Translations under genes and position numbers: made by a program | Origin: a candidate division WOR-3 bacterium | GTDB taxonomy: Bacteria > Hydrothermota > Hydrothermia > Hydrothermales > Hydrothermaceae | Assembly: GCA_039803745.1 (NCBI GenBank) | Contig: JBDRZD010000019.1 | Span: 1-29,388, forward strand | Length of the DNA stretch: 29,388 nt | Direction of reading: 5' to 3' | Notes under the pieces: model-generated | What the model was told of the DNA's origin: nothing | The model's database searches: none | Seen by the model: only the letters and a program-made list of their open reading frames with translations | Shown: piece after piece, positions 16,605 to 25,996 of the stretch | Numbering within the stretch: the stretch's first letter is position 1 | Layout of the letters: the number at the start of each line of letters is the position of its first letter

Positions 16605-17758
16605 AAAAGACTTTTTATTTTTTTATATATTATATTTGAAGAACCTCTTAAAGAAAAAATTGCTTTTTTAGCATTCTCTCCTGCCTTTTTTCTTTCATTT
16701 TCATCAAAAATTAATTTTATCAAAACTTCTTCAAATTCTCTTTCATTTTTTATTTTATAACCCCCTTTATTCTTCAAAAGGATTTTTGCAACTTCTTTAA
16801 CATTTTCTATACTTTCTCCAAATATAACAGGCACACCAAAAAAGGCCGGCTCTGAAAGGTTATGACCACCATGATTTCCAAATGTTCCACCAACAATCGC
16901 AATATCACTTATCTTCCATACATTTAAAAGTTCTCCAAGTGTATCAAGAACGAAAACTTTTTTATTCGGGAAAGGGACCTCACTTCTTTTTTCATATTCA
17001 ATCCCTTTCTCTTTCAATTTCAATTCAATAAGATAAGTATTTATAAGATGTCTTGGAGCAATAACAATCTTTAAATCTTCCCTTTTATTTAAAATTTTTT
17101 CAATCACATTAATAACAATATCAACTTCGTCCCTTCTTATGCTTCCAAATGTTATTATAAAGCCATTTTTATTCCATAAAGGACTTGTTTCATAATCTAT
17201 ATCATGTTTTAAATTTTTTAGAACTTTAATTTTGTTTGAAGGGATACCTAAGGATTTGAAAAATTTTTCATATTCTTTATTTTGCAAAAATAAAAAATCA
17301 AAATTTCTTAAACATTTTTTAATATCTTTAAATATAAAATTATAAAAATAAAAACTTCTTTTTGAAATCTTGCCATTCACAAGAAAAATCTTCTTTTTAT
17401 TTTTAATACTTATATCAAGTAAATTAGGCCAGAATTCGCTTTCAGCAATTATAATTGCTTTTGCATCCCTCACCATCTTCTCAATCTCTTTTCTTTTATC
17501 AAAGGGAAAATAAATAATATAAGCTTTATCTTTCAAAATACTTTCTGCCTTTTTCTTACCGCCTTTTGTAAAAACTCCTATAACACATTTATAATCTTTA
17601 TAAAATTTCTCAACAAGAGGTTTTAAGCTCATCACTTCACCGATTGAAGCTGCATGAAAATATAAATAATCTTTAAAGGGAATTTCCTTTATTTTTCTTT
17701 CAGAAGGTAATAAAAAGAAAGATAAAAAGAAATTATATAAAAATTTTATTATTCCCAC
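16601..17758 (-). CDS. waaA: 3-deoxy-D-manno-octulosonic acid (Kdo) transferase
   Basis: HAASIGE, ESEFWPN, APRH, DTLGEL, GGHNLSEPA motifs. Confidence 0.9.
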   Translation of the reverse strand: MGIIKFLYNFFLSFFLLPSERKIKEIPFKDYLYFHAASIGEVMSLKPLVEKFYKDYKCVIGVFTKGGKKKAESILKDKAYIIYFPFDKRKEIEKMVRDAKAIIIAESEFWPNLLDISIKNKKKIFLVNGKISKRSFYFYNFIFKDIKKCLRNFDFLFLQNKEYEKFFKSLGIPSNKIKVLKNLKHDIDYETSPLWNKNGFIITFGSIRRDEVDIVINVIEKILNKREDLKIVIAPRHLINTYLIELKLKEKGIEYEKRSEVPFPNKKVFVLDTLGELLNVWKISDIAIVGGTFGNHGGHNLSEPAFFGVPVIFGESIENVKEVAKILLKNKGGYKIKNEREFEEVLIKLIFDENERKKAGENAKKAIFSLRGSSNIIYKKIKSLL

Positions 17759-19299
17759 TCTATTGTTGCAGGAGGTTTTGAAGTTATATCATAAACAACC
17801 CTATTTATTCCCTTTATCTCACCTACTATCCTTCTTGCAATTCTATCAAGAACATGAAAGGGAATCCTTGCAAAGTCTGCTGTCATTCCATCAACTGATT
17901 CAACGATTCTAAGGGCTAAGGAATTTTCATAAGTTCTTTTATCACCCATAACACCAACTGATTTTACCGGTAAGAACACACAGAAAGCCTGCCATAAGTT
18001 TTCGTAAATCCCCTCTTTTTTAAGTTCCTCTTCAAGTATTTTATCTGCCTTTTGAAGTATTCTTACCCTTTCTCTTGTAACCTCTCCAATTATTCTCACA
18101 GCAAGACCAGGACCTGGAAATGGATGCTTTTTAATCACCTCATCGGGTAAACCGAGTCTTTTCCCTATTTCCCTTACCTCGTCTTTAAAAAGCTCTTTAA
18201 AAGGTTCTATTAAAATAAAGGGATGCTTTTTCGGAAGTGCTCCAACATTATGATGGGTCTTAATTTTTGAAGAAGGACCAACAAAAGAACGAGATTCTAT
18301 AACATCCGGATATAGAGTTCCCTGAGCAAGATAGGCAATTTTTCCATAAGGTCTTTTAATATTCAAAATTTTTAATGCTTCTTTTATAAAAATATCCATA
18401 AAGAGTTTGCCTATGATCTTTCTTTTTAATTCCGGATTTTCAATACCTTTTAACCTATTTAAAAATTCATTTTCAGCCCTTATAATTCTTAAATTTTCAA
18501 ATTCTTTAAAGATTTTCTTTACCCTTTCTTCCTCCCCTTCCCTTAAAAGGCCGGTATTTACAAAAATTAAATGTAACTTATTTTTGAAAACTGGATGTAA
18601 AAGAAAAGCAAGAACTGTTGAATCAACTCCACCAGAGAGAGCTAAAAAACATTCTTTATCTTCATATTTCTTTAACTCTTCTCTTGTTTTTTCAATAAAA
18701 TCTTCAATAAACCACCCTTTTTTTGCCTTACATATTTTAAAAACAAAATTTTTCAATATATCTTTACCATGTTCTGTATGGAAAACTTCTGGATGAAATT
18801 GAAGTCCGTATATTTTTTTCTTTTTATTTTCAATACTTGCGTATACACATGCTTCAGTTTCACCTGTTTTTATAAAACCTTCAGGAATTTTTGAAACAGT
18901 ATCTCCATGACTCATCCAGACTTTTAAAAAAGAGGTATTTATTCCATCAAAAAGCGGACTTTTCCTTAAAATTTTAAATTTTGCAAACCCGTATTCCCTT
19001 TTTTCTGATGCTCTTACTTTTCCATTTAAAATATAAGAAATGAGCTGTAAACCATAACATATACCGAGAATTGGCTTGCCTAAATCAAATATTTCTCTAT
19101 TTATCTTTGGTGCTCTCTTCTCATATACTGACATAGGACCACCTGAAAGAATCACACCTTTTACATCTTTATCTTTTATCTTTTCAATATAATCCTCATA
19201 AGGAGATATTATCTCTGAATACACATTTTCTTCTCTTATCCTTCTTGCAATCAATTTTGTATACTGGGAACCAAAATCTATTATTATTATTTTATCCAT
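17749..19299 (-). CDS. guaA: GMP synthase (glutamine-hydrolysing)
   Basis: IDFGSQY, GICYG, QFHPEV, LSGGVDS, IKTHHN, HPFPGPGLAVR, KPPATIEWE. Confidence 0.97.
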   Translation of the reverse strand: MDKIIIIDFGSQYTKLIARRIREENVYSEIISPYEDYIEKIKDKDVKGVILSGGPMSVYEKRAPKINREIFDLGKPILGICYGLQLISYILNGKVRASEKREYGFAKFKILRKSPLFDGINTSFLKVWMSHGDTVSKIPEGFIKTGETEACVYASIENKKKKIYGLQFHPEVFHTEHGKDILKNFVFKICKAKKGWFIEDFIEKTREELKKYEDKECFLALSGGVDSTVLAFLLHPVFKNKLHLIFVNTGLLREGEEERVKKIFKEFENLRIIRAENEFLNRLKGIENPELKRKIIGKLFMDIFIKEALKILNIKRPYGKIAYLAQGTLYPDVIESRSFVGPSSKIKTHHNVGALPKKHPFILIEPFKELFKDEVREIGKRLGLPDEVIKKHPFPGPGLAVRIIGEVTRERVRILQKADKILEEELKKEGIYENLWQAFCVFLPVKSVGVMGDKRTYENSLALRIVESVDGMTADFARIPFHVLDRIARRIVGEIKGINRVVYDITSKPPATIEWE

Positions 19300-20306
19300 C
19301 CACCACCTAAAAGAAAACCTTCTTTGTAAAAAGCAGCCACCTGTCCTGGTGTAGGTGCAAACTGCTCTTTCTCAAATATAACCCTTGCACAATCATTTTT
19401 TACATATACTTTTGCCTTAGCTGGAATATGGAGTTGCCTTATTTTTACATGCAAGGTAAATTCTTCTTCTGGTTCCATAAACCAATTTATACCATAAACT
19501 TCTATCTCCTTCTTGTAAACCCTTTCCTTTTCAGCAACAATAACAAGGTTTTCTTCAGGAATAAATTCCTTTACATATAGCCTTTTACCTTTTGAAATTT
19601 TAAGTTTTTTTCTCTGCCCTATTGTAAAATTAAAAAAACCATCATGCTCACCAAGAATGTTACCCTTTTCATCAACTATATATCCTTTTTTTTCTGGAAC
19701 AAATCTCCTTAAAAATTCCCTATAATCTCCATCAACAAAGCATAAATCCTGGGAATCATGACGATAAGCGGAAATAAAACCATTTTCTTTTGCAATCTTT
19801 CTTACATCTTCTTTCTCAAATTCTCCCAAAGGAAAAATTATTTTACTAATATTTTCTTTATTTATAAAAACAAGAAAATAAGACTGATCCCTTTTTATAT
19901 CCTTTGAAACTTTAATCAAACCATTTTCTATTCTTGCATAGTGACCTGTAGCAACATAGGAACATCCAAGTTCTTTTGCCTTTTCAAACAAAAATCCAAA
20001 TTTAAAAAATTTATTGCATAAAGCACAGGGATTGGGGGTTCTTCCAGAAAGATAACTCTCTATAAAATATTTAACTATTTTTTCTTTAAAATCTTCTCTA
20101 ATATCATAAGTGTAATGGGGAATCTTGAGTTTAAAGGCGGTTCTTCTTGCAAAATTTATTGCATCTAAGGAACAACAACTTCTTAAACTTTCACTTCCTT
20201 CCCACATATAAAGGGTAACACCTATTACATTATAACCCATTTCTTTTAATAAAAAGGCGCTTACAGAAGAATCAACCCCACCTGAAAGACCTACCAATAC
20301 CTTCAC
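19287..20306 (-). CDS. mnmA: tRNA 2-thiouridine(34) synthase MnmA
   Basis: SGGVDSS PP-loop, TPNPCALCN, ATGHYA, DQSYFL, DSQDLCF, TIGQR, PGQ. Confidence 0.95.
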   Translation of the reverse strand: MKVLVGLSGGVDSSVSAFLLKEMGYNVIGVTLYMWEGSESLRSCCSLDAINFARRTAFKLKIPHYTYDIREDFKEKIVKYFIESYLSGRTPNPCALCNKFFKFGFLFEKAKELGCSYVATGHYARIENGLIKVSKDIKRDQSYFLVFINKENISKIIFPLGEFEKEDVRKIAKENGFISAYRHDSQDLCFVDGDYREFLRRFVPEKKGYIVDEKGNILGEHDGFFNFTIGQRKKLKISKGKRLYVKEFIPEENLVIVAEKERVYKKEIEVYGINWFMEPEEEFTLHVKIRQLHIPAKAKVYVKNDCARVIFEKEQFAPTPGQVAAFYKEGFLLGGGWIK

Positions 20307-20938
20307 AATTTAAACCTTTCCTCCTCTATTTTAACATTTAAATTTACTTCTAAAAAACAAGAATAAAGTACATATTCACCTTTTTGATCCCATTGCTCAC
20401 ATTTATAAGGAATAAAATCATTTCTTATCCAGAAAACTTCTCTTGCACATCCAAAAAACTCCGAAGGCTCCTTAACTTCAAATTCTATTTTATAACCTTC
20501 AAATCCATTTTCTTTAAATTCACCCAGAATCTTTGATGGATAACCCCTTTTATAGTATTCAAAAATTCTCCTGTATATTTCTCCTATTCCCGCATGATAT
20601 ATTCTAAATCCCCTTAAAGAAATTACTCTCTTATCGTCAGGGCTAAGTGTCAAGACGATCCCTTTTAGCATCCCACCCTTTCTTCCTCTTACTAAATTTT
20701 TTTCAGGATTATAAAGCACTTCACTTCCCTTATCCTTTCCTTCAAGAACCTTTAATCTTATCCATAAAGGCTTTTTGAATTCTACAAAATATTTTCTTTT
20801 ATCTTCTTCTTCTCCCTTTCTTTGATAGCTTTCATATACACATATGTATGTATTTATGCTCTCCCATTTTTTTTCACATTCCCTTATAATTAACTCAAGA
20901 TTAATTTGCATCAGAATAAAGATAAAAAAATTAATCAT
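20303..20938 (-). CDS. LolA-fold / DUF1571-like periplasmic protein
   Basis: FKKPLWIRLKVLEG..KGSEVLY pattern and C-terminal EVNLNVKIEEERF typical of LolA-like proteins; SD AAGGAG. Confidence 0.6.
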   Translation of the reverse strand: MINFFIFILMQINLELIIRECEKKWESINTYICVYESYQRKGEEEDKRKYFVEFKKPLWIRLKVLEGKDKGSEVLYNPEKNLVRGRKGGMLKGIVLTLSPDDKRVISLRGFRIYHAGIGEIYRRIFEYYKRGYPSKILGEFKENGFEGYKIEFEVKEPSEFFGCAREVFWIRNDFIPYKCEQWDQKGEYVLYSCFLEVNLNVKIEEERFKL

Positions 20939-20961
20939 AAATAACTCCTTTTAAAATTTAA

Positions 20962-20991
20962 ATTATAAGAAGTGATAAGGATTAATTTCAA
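20962..20991 (-). promoter_or_regulatory. Putative internal promoter at the priA 3' end driving the DUF1571-like gene through lipB
   Basis: TTGAAA (20986-20991), 18 bp, TATAAT (20962-20967), then SD. Confidence 0.5.
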
Positions 20992-23089
20992 GTTTTAATG
21001 GGTATTTCTTTTTTATATTTTCGAGTTTTTCAAAAACTATTCCAAAATTTTCTCTTCCTTTAGATTTTAAAAGAATTCTCACTCTGTAAAAATTCTTAAT
21101 TTTTTCAATAGGGGCAAAAGAAGGACCCAAAATTTCAAAATTACCTTTTATAATTCCTTTTATCTCCTCTCCTTTTTCCATCGCTTTATTTTTATCCCTG
21201 TCTTTTGTTTCAATCAGAAGCAAATGGGAGAAAGGAGGATATGAAAAAGCCTTTCTCTCCGCGAGTTCCTCCTCATAAAACTTTTCATAATCAGCTGGAT
21301 TTATATATTTTATTACAGAGTTTTCAGGATCCATGGTCTGTAATATTACCTTTCCACCCTTTCTTGCCCTTCCTATTACTTGGTTAAGTGTTATAAAAGT
21401 TTTTTCTCTTGCCCTAAAGTCAGGAAGATTTAATGAAAGATCTGCATAAAGAATACCAACTAAGGAAACCTCTGGAAAGTCAAATCCTTTAATTATCATC
21501 TGAGTTCCAAGGAGTATATCTGCCTCTTTATTTTTGAACTTTTTAAATATCTCAAAAACTTCCTTTCTTTTTCTTGTTGTATCAAGGTCCATCCTTATGA
21601 TTCTATAAGAAGGAAATATTTCTTTAAGTCCTTCTTCTATCTTCTCTGTTCCATAACCCGAATATTTTATATCTGTTCCTTTACAATTTGGGCAAAGGTC
21701 TGGTGCATTTATCTCATGGGAACAGAAATGACATACGAGCTTTCTTATATCTTTATGATAAACATATTGAATATCACAATTCTTACATTTAAAAATATAT
21801 CCACAATCCATACATTGCATAAAATGGGCAAATCCTCTTCTATTTAAAAATAGTATAACCTGTTTTTTTTCTTTAACATTTTTTTCAATTTCTTCAATCA
21901 TTTTAGCAGATAAAAAGAAGGGGAACTTTTCCCTTCTTAAATCAAGAATTTCTATTTCGGGAAATTCATAACCTTTAACCCTTTCTTTTAAAACATAAAA
22001 AAAGTATTTATTCTCTTTTGCAAAATAAAAGGTTTCGGTTTCAGGTGTTGCACTTCCGAGTACAAGAGGAATATTTTCTATTTCGCATCTAATTCTTGCC
22101 ACTTCCCTTGCATGATAATAAGGTGCCCTTTCATCTTCTTTATATGAACTTTCCTGTTCCTCATCAATTATTATCATTCCTGTATTTTCAAGTGGGGCAA
22201 AAATAGCAGATCTTGGACCTATTACAATTTTTGGTTTTTCTGAAATTGCCTCCTTGAAAAAATAAAGCCTCTCAGATTTTGAGAAGGCTGAACCCCATAA
22301 TATTATATTTTCTCCAAAGCACTTATTGAATAAAAAATAGATTTGGGGAATTAAGGAAATTTCAGGAACAAGTAATATTAAAGATTTATTCATATTTAAA
22401 ATTTTTTCTGCGAGTTTTAAATATACAAATGTTTTACCGCTTCCTGTAACACCATGAATAAGATGCACTCCAAACTTATTTATGTTTTCACATATTTTTT
22501 CATAAACCTTTTTTTGTGGAATGGTAAACTCCTCAGGAATTTCTATTTTTTCAAAAGGCTCTATTATAAATTTTTTTAAAGAAGGTTTCTTAAGGAGATA
22601 ATAAGAAATTCCTATAATATCTTTTTTCAAAAATTTTTTTAAATAATAAGAAGGGTCAAAACCTGCTCTTTTTTTAATGCTTCTTGGAAGCAATGGCTTT
22701 TTTGAATTTTTAAGGATTTCAATTATCTTTAATTCTTTTTCATTTTTTGTCTTAAAATCTTTGTTTTTTAAAAAATACCTTCTTTTAACTTCAAAAAGGG
22801 GTGGCATAAAATATCTTATTATTAAACTTATATCTTCAAAATAATACTCACTCATTTTTAAAGCAAAAAGTCTTAATTTTTCAGGCAAGAAAAATTCGGT
22901 TTTTTCTTCAATATTTTTAACATCCCCCTCAAAATCCTTCTCTTCTTTTATTTCCCATACAACTCCGAATTTCTTTCTCTCCTTTAAGGGAGCAAGAACA
23001 ATATCTCCTTCTTTAATTTGCATATTTTCAGGGATATAGTATGTATAAAGACCTTTTATTTCTGGAAATAAAATCTTTGCAAAACTCAT
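20963..23089 (-). CDS. priA: Primosomal protein N' (replication restart helicase)
   Basis: GVTGSGKT, LVPEISL, DEEQ, GSATP, LNRRG, four CxxC zinc knuckles, KGFDFP, QVIGRA. Confidence 0.95.
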   Translation of the reverse strand: MSFAKILFPEIKGLYTYYIPENMQIKEGDIVLAPLKERKKFGVVWEIKEEKDFEGDVKNIEEKTEFFLPEKLRLFALKMSEYYFEDISLIIRYFMPPLFEVKRRYFLKNKDFKTKNEKELKIIEILKNSKKPLLPRSIKKRAGFDPSYYLKKFLKKDIIGISYYLLKKPSLKKFIIEPFEKIEIPEEFTIPQKKVYEKICENINKFGVHLIHGVTGSGKTFVYLKLAEKILNMNKSLILLVPEISLIPQIYFLFNKCFGENIILWGSAFSKSERLYFFKEAISEKPKIVIGPRSAIFAPLENTGMIIIDEEQESSYKEDERAPYYHAREVARIRCEIENIPLVLGSATPETETFYFAKENKYFFYVLKERVKGYEFPEIEILDLRREKFPFFLSAKMIEEIEKNVKEKKQVILFLNRRGFAHFMQCMDCGYIFKCKNCDIQYVYHKDIRKLVCHFCSHEINAPDLCPNCKGTDIKYSGYGTEKIEEGLKEIFPSYRIIRMDLDTTRKRKEVFEIFKKFKNKEADILLGTQMIIKGFDFPEVSLVGILYADLSLNLPDFRAREKTFITLNQVIGRARKGGKVILQTMDPENSVIKYINPADYEKFYEEELAERKAFSYPPFSHLLLIETKDRDKNKAMEKGEEIKGIIKGNFEILGPSFAPIEKIKNFYRVRILLKSKGRENFGIVFEKLENIKKKYPLKLEINPYHFL

Positions 23090-23748
23090 AATTTATAAAT
23101 ATCCTCTTTTTTAAATGGCATACCATGTCCAGGAAAATAAATATCAACATCAATTTCTTTTAAAAACTCAATTGATTTGTATATTTTTTCTCTTTCATGA
23201 ATAAACATTGAAATTCTTGGTCTTTTCAAAAAAATATTAGGTCCTAAAAGAGTATCCCCTATAAAAGCATATTTATTTACTTTAAAAGTTAAAGAACCGG
23301 GTGTATGACCGGGTGTTTGAAAAATTTCAATATTAAAACCATCAAGATTTATAACTTCATTATTATAAACAATTTTATCTGGTTCAAAACTTTTTATTTT
23401 TTCAAATTTTGAAAAAAAATTTAAAAAGTTCCATAAAATTTTTGAATAAAGTGTTCCCTTTGGATTAGGTAAGTCTATATATCCTTTGAAAGCCCATTCT
23501 TTCTCATTATTAGATATAACAACAAAAGGGGAAAAAATTTTTTTTAAAAGATAAACATTCCCTGCATGGTCCCAATGAAAATGGGTTATAAAGATATAAA
23601 GGAGTTTCTTATCAGACATATTTTCTCTTAAAAATTTTAAAACAAGATTTTTTGAATGGGGATCACCTGTATCAAAAAGTACTGCATGCTTTTTTAAAGT
23701 CAAAAGGTATATGTTTGAAGAGGGTAAAAATTTTTTAAAAACTCTCAT
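23086..23748 (-). CDS. MBL-fold metallo-hydrolase
   Basis: DTG, THFHWDHAG (HxHxDH), PGHTPGS, GD, PGHG. Confidence 0.9.
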   Translation of the reverse strand: MRVFKKFLPSSNIYLLTLKKHAVLFDTGDPHSKNLVLKFLRENMSDKKLLYIFITHFHWDHAGNVYLLKKIFSPFVVISNNEKEWAFKGYIDLPNPKGTLYSKILWNFLNFFSKFEKIKSFEPDKIVYNNEVINLDGFNIEIFQTPGHTPGSLTFKVNKYAFIGDTLLGPNIFLKRPRISMFIHEREKIYKSIEFLKEIDVDIYFPGHGMPFKKEDIYKL

Positions 23749-24947
23749 TTAAGATAAGAAATTATTCTTTTAAGGGCTTCCATAAACCTGTCAATTTCTT
23801 CAATTGTATTATAAATGTAAAAACTTATCCTTACACTACCTTCAATTTCAAGAAAATCTAAAAGTGGATGGGTGCAATGTCTTCCACTTCTTGCACATAT
23901 TCCTTCTGAATCAAGCATTCCTGCTATATCATGAGGATCTGCTCCCTTTACATTAAAGGGAATTACGCCGACTCTTTTTAGTGAGGGACCATATATCTCA
24001 ACTTCTTCTATTTCTTTCATTCTTTCAATACAATAATTGGTCAATTCTTTTTCATGTTTAAAAACATTTTCCATCCCTATATTTTTTAAATATTCTGCTG
24101 CTTCTCCAAGGGCTATACCACCTGCTATTATTGGTGTTCCTGCTTCAAATTTCCAAGGAATGGAAGCCCATTTAACCTCATCAATTTTAACATTTTCAAT
24201 TGCACCGCCTCCAACAATAAAAGGTTCCATTTTTTCTAAAAGTTCCTTTTTCCCCCATAAAAAGCCTGTTCCTGATGGACCAAGCATCTTATGTCCTGAT
24301 ACTGCTAAAAAGTCACAACCGATCTCTTTAACATCAACAGGAATGTGAGGAACTGCCTGTGCTCCATCAAGCACAACAACTGCTCCCTTTTCCTTTGCAA
24401 TCTTTATAATTTCCTTAACAGGGTTTATGATTCCGAGAAAGTTTGAAACAAAACAGAGAGCAACAATTTTTGTTTTTTCTGTTATGATTTTTTCATCAAA
24501 TTCAAGTTCATAAGTTTTTTTATTTAATTTTATAAATTTTAACTTCGCACCCTTTAATTCTGCTATTTTTTTCCATGGTAAAAAATTTGAATGATGTTCC
24601 ATTATTGTTGTTACAATTTCATCTCCTTGCTTAATGTTATAAAAAGCATAAGAATAGGCAACAAGATTTAATGCTTCTGTTGCATTCTTTGTAAAGATAA
24701 TCTCTTTTTTATCAGCATTTATAAGCTCTGCTACTTTATAATGAGCCTCTTCATATCTTTTTGATGCTTCAAGGGAGAGCGAATAAACCCCTCTATGGAT
24801 ATTTGAATTATAATCTTCATAAAATTCTTTAATTGTCTCTATCACAATCCTTGGTTTTTGAGAGGTTGCTGCAGAGTCAAAATAAACCAGGTTGGGACTC
24901 TTTTTAAAAATCGGAAAATCCTCCCTTATTTTTTTTGCATCAAACAT
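23745..24947 (-). CDS. sufS: SufS-family (group II) cysteine desulfurase
   Basis: YFDSAATSQKP, NIHRG, MEHHSN, DGAQ, SGHKMLGP (PLP Lys), FEAGTP, RSGRHC catalytic Cys. Confidence 0.92.
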   Translation of the reverse strand: MFDAKKIREDFPIFKKSPNLVYFDSAATSQKPRIVIETIKEFYEDYNSNIHRGVYSLSLEASKRYEEAHYKVAELINADKKEIIFTKNATEALNLVAYSYAFYNIKQGDEIVTTIMEHHSNFLPWKKIAELKGAKLKFIKLNKKTYELEFDEKIITEKTKIVALCFVSNFLGIINPVKEIIKIAKEKGAVVVLDGAQAVPHIPVDVKEIGCDFLAVSGHKMLGPSGTGFLWGKKELLEKMEPFIVGGGAIENVKIDEVKWASIPWKFEAGTPIIAGGIALGEAAEYLKNIGMENVFKHEKELTNYCIERMKEIEEVEIYGPSLKRVGVIPFNVKGADPHDIAGMLDSEGICARSGRHCTHPLLDFLEIEGSVRISFYIYNTIEEIDRFMEALKRIISYLK

Positions 24948-24955
24948 TTTTCCTC

Positions 24956-25984
24956 CTAAATTTTTGTAAGATTTTTAACAATCTCTTCAGGTGATAAAAT
25001 TTTATCAACTATTTTTTCTTTTATTGCATTTCTTGGCATACCAAAAACTAAACATGTTTCTTTATTTTGAACCCATACATAACCCCCTTTTTCCTTTATC
25101 TTTTTTGCTCCATCAACTCCATCCCTTCCCATACCTGTAAGAATAATTGCACAGGCTTTCTCTCCATAAATCTCTGCCATTGATTCAAAAAGATAATCAG
25201 CAGATGGCTTTACACCATTTCTTGCAGGGAAATCCTTATGGGAAATATAAACATTTTTACCCCTTTTTTCAAGAATAACATGAACACCACCCTTTGCTAT
25301 ATAAAAAATATCTTTCTTTACTTCCTCCTTATCTTCTGTCTCCTTTACCTTTTTGCCTGTTATTTCGTTCAGCCTCTCGGCAAACTTGAGAGTAAAGAGT
25401 GGCGGCATATGTTGAACTATGAAAAAGGGGATACCAAGGTTAGATGGTAAATTTTTAATTATATACTCAATTAAAACAGTCCCACCTGTTGATGAAGCAA
25501 TCCCAACACATGAGATATTTAAAGAACCCCTGCAAGGAAGAGTTTCAATTTCTTCATATTCAAATTTAATCCTTTCCATTTTTACCTTTTTAGCAGATTT
25601 TATTTTATCTATAAGTTCATCTTTGATTTTTATTATGTCAAGAGAAAGTTCTCCTGAAGGTTTTGGAACAAAATCAAAGGCACCTCTTGAAAGTGCTTCA
25701 AGGGTTATTTTTGCTCCTTCTTTTGTATATGCAGAAACCATTATACAGGGAACAGGATTATATTTCATAATTTTTTCAAGCACTTCTATTCCATTCATAT
25801 CAGGCATTTCATAATCAAGAGTAATTACATCTACTTCAAGATTTCTTAAAAGTTTAAGTGCCTCTTTCCCATCCCTTGCTGTTCCAACAACTTCAATATC
25901 AGGATCTTCCTCAAGGATATCCCTTAAAAGTCTTCTCATCAAAAAAGAATCATCAACTATCAAAACTTTTATCTTCTCTTTCAT
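24956..25984 (-). CDS. cheB: Chemotaxis response regulator protein-glutamate methylesterase CheB
   Basis: REC domain (VDDS, LDYEMP, KP) plus methylesterase motifs SSTGG, QHMP, LTGMGRDG. Confidence 0.92.
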   Translation of the reverse strand: MKEKIKVLIVDDSFLMRRLLRDILEEDPDIEVVGTARDGKEALKLLRNLEVDVITLDYEMPDMNGIEVLEKIMKYNPVPCIMVSAYTKEGAKITLEALSRGAFDFVPKPSGELSLDIIKIKDELIDKIKSAKKVKMERIKFEYEEIETLPCRGSLNISCVGIASSTGGTVLIEYIIKNLPSNLGIPFFIVQHMPPLFTLKFAERLNEITGKKVKETEDKEEVKKDIFYIAKGGVHVILEKRGKNVYISHKDFPARNGVKPSADYLFESMAEIYGEKACAIILTGMGRDGVDGAKKIKEKGGYVWVQNKETCLVFGMPRNAIKEKIVDKILSPEEIVKNLTKI

Positions 25985-25996
25985 TTTTAAAATTAA

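Noticed and set aside
23297..23317. Short direct repeat ACCGGGTGT x2
   Set aside because: Encodes the TPGHTPG motif of the MBL hydrolase.
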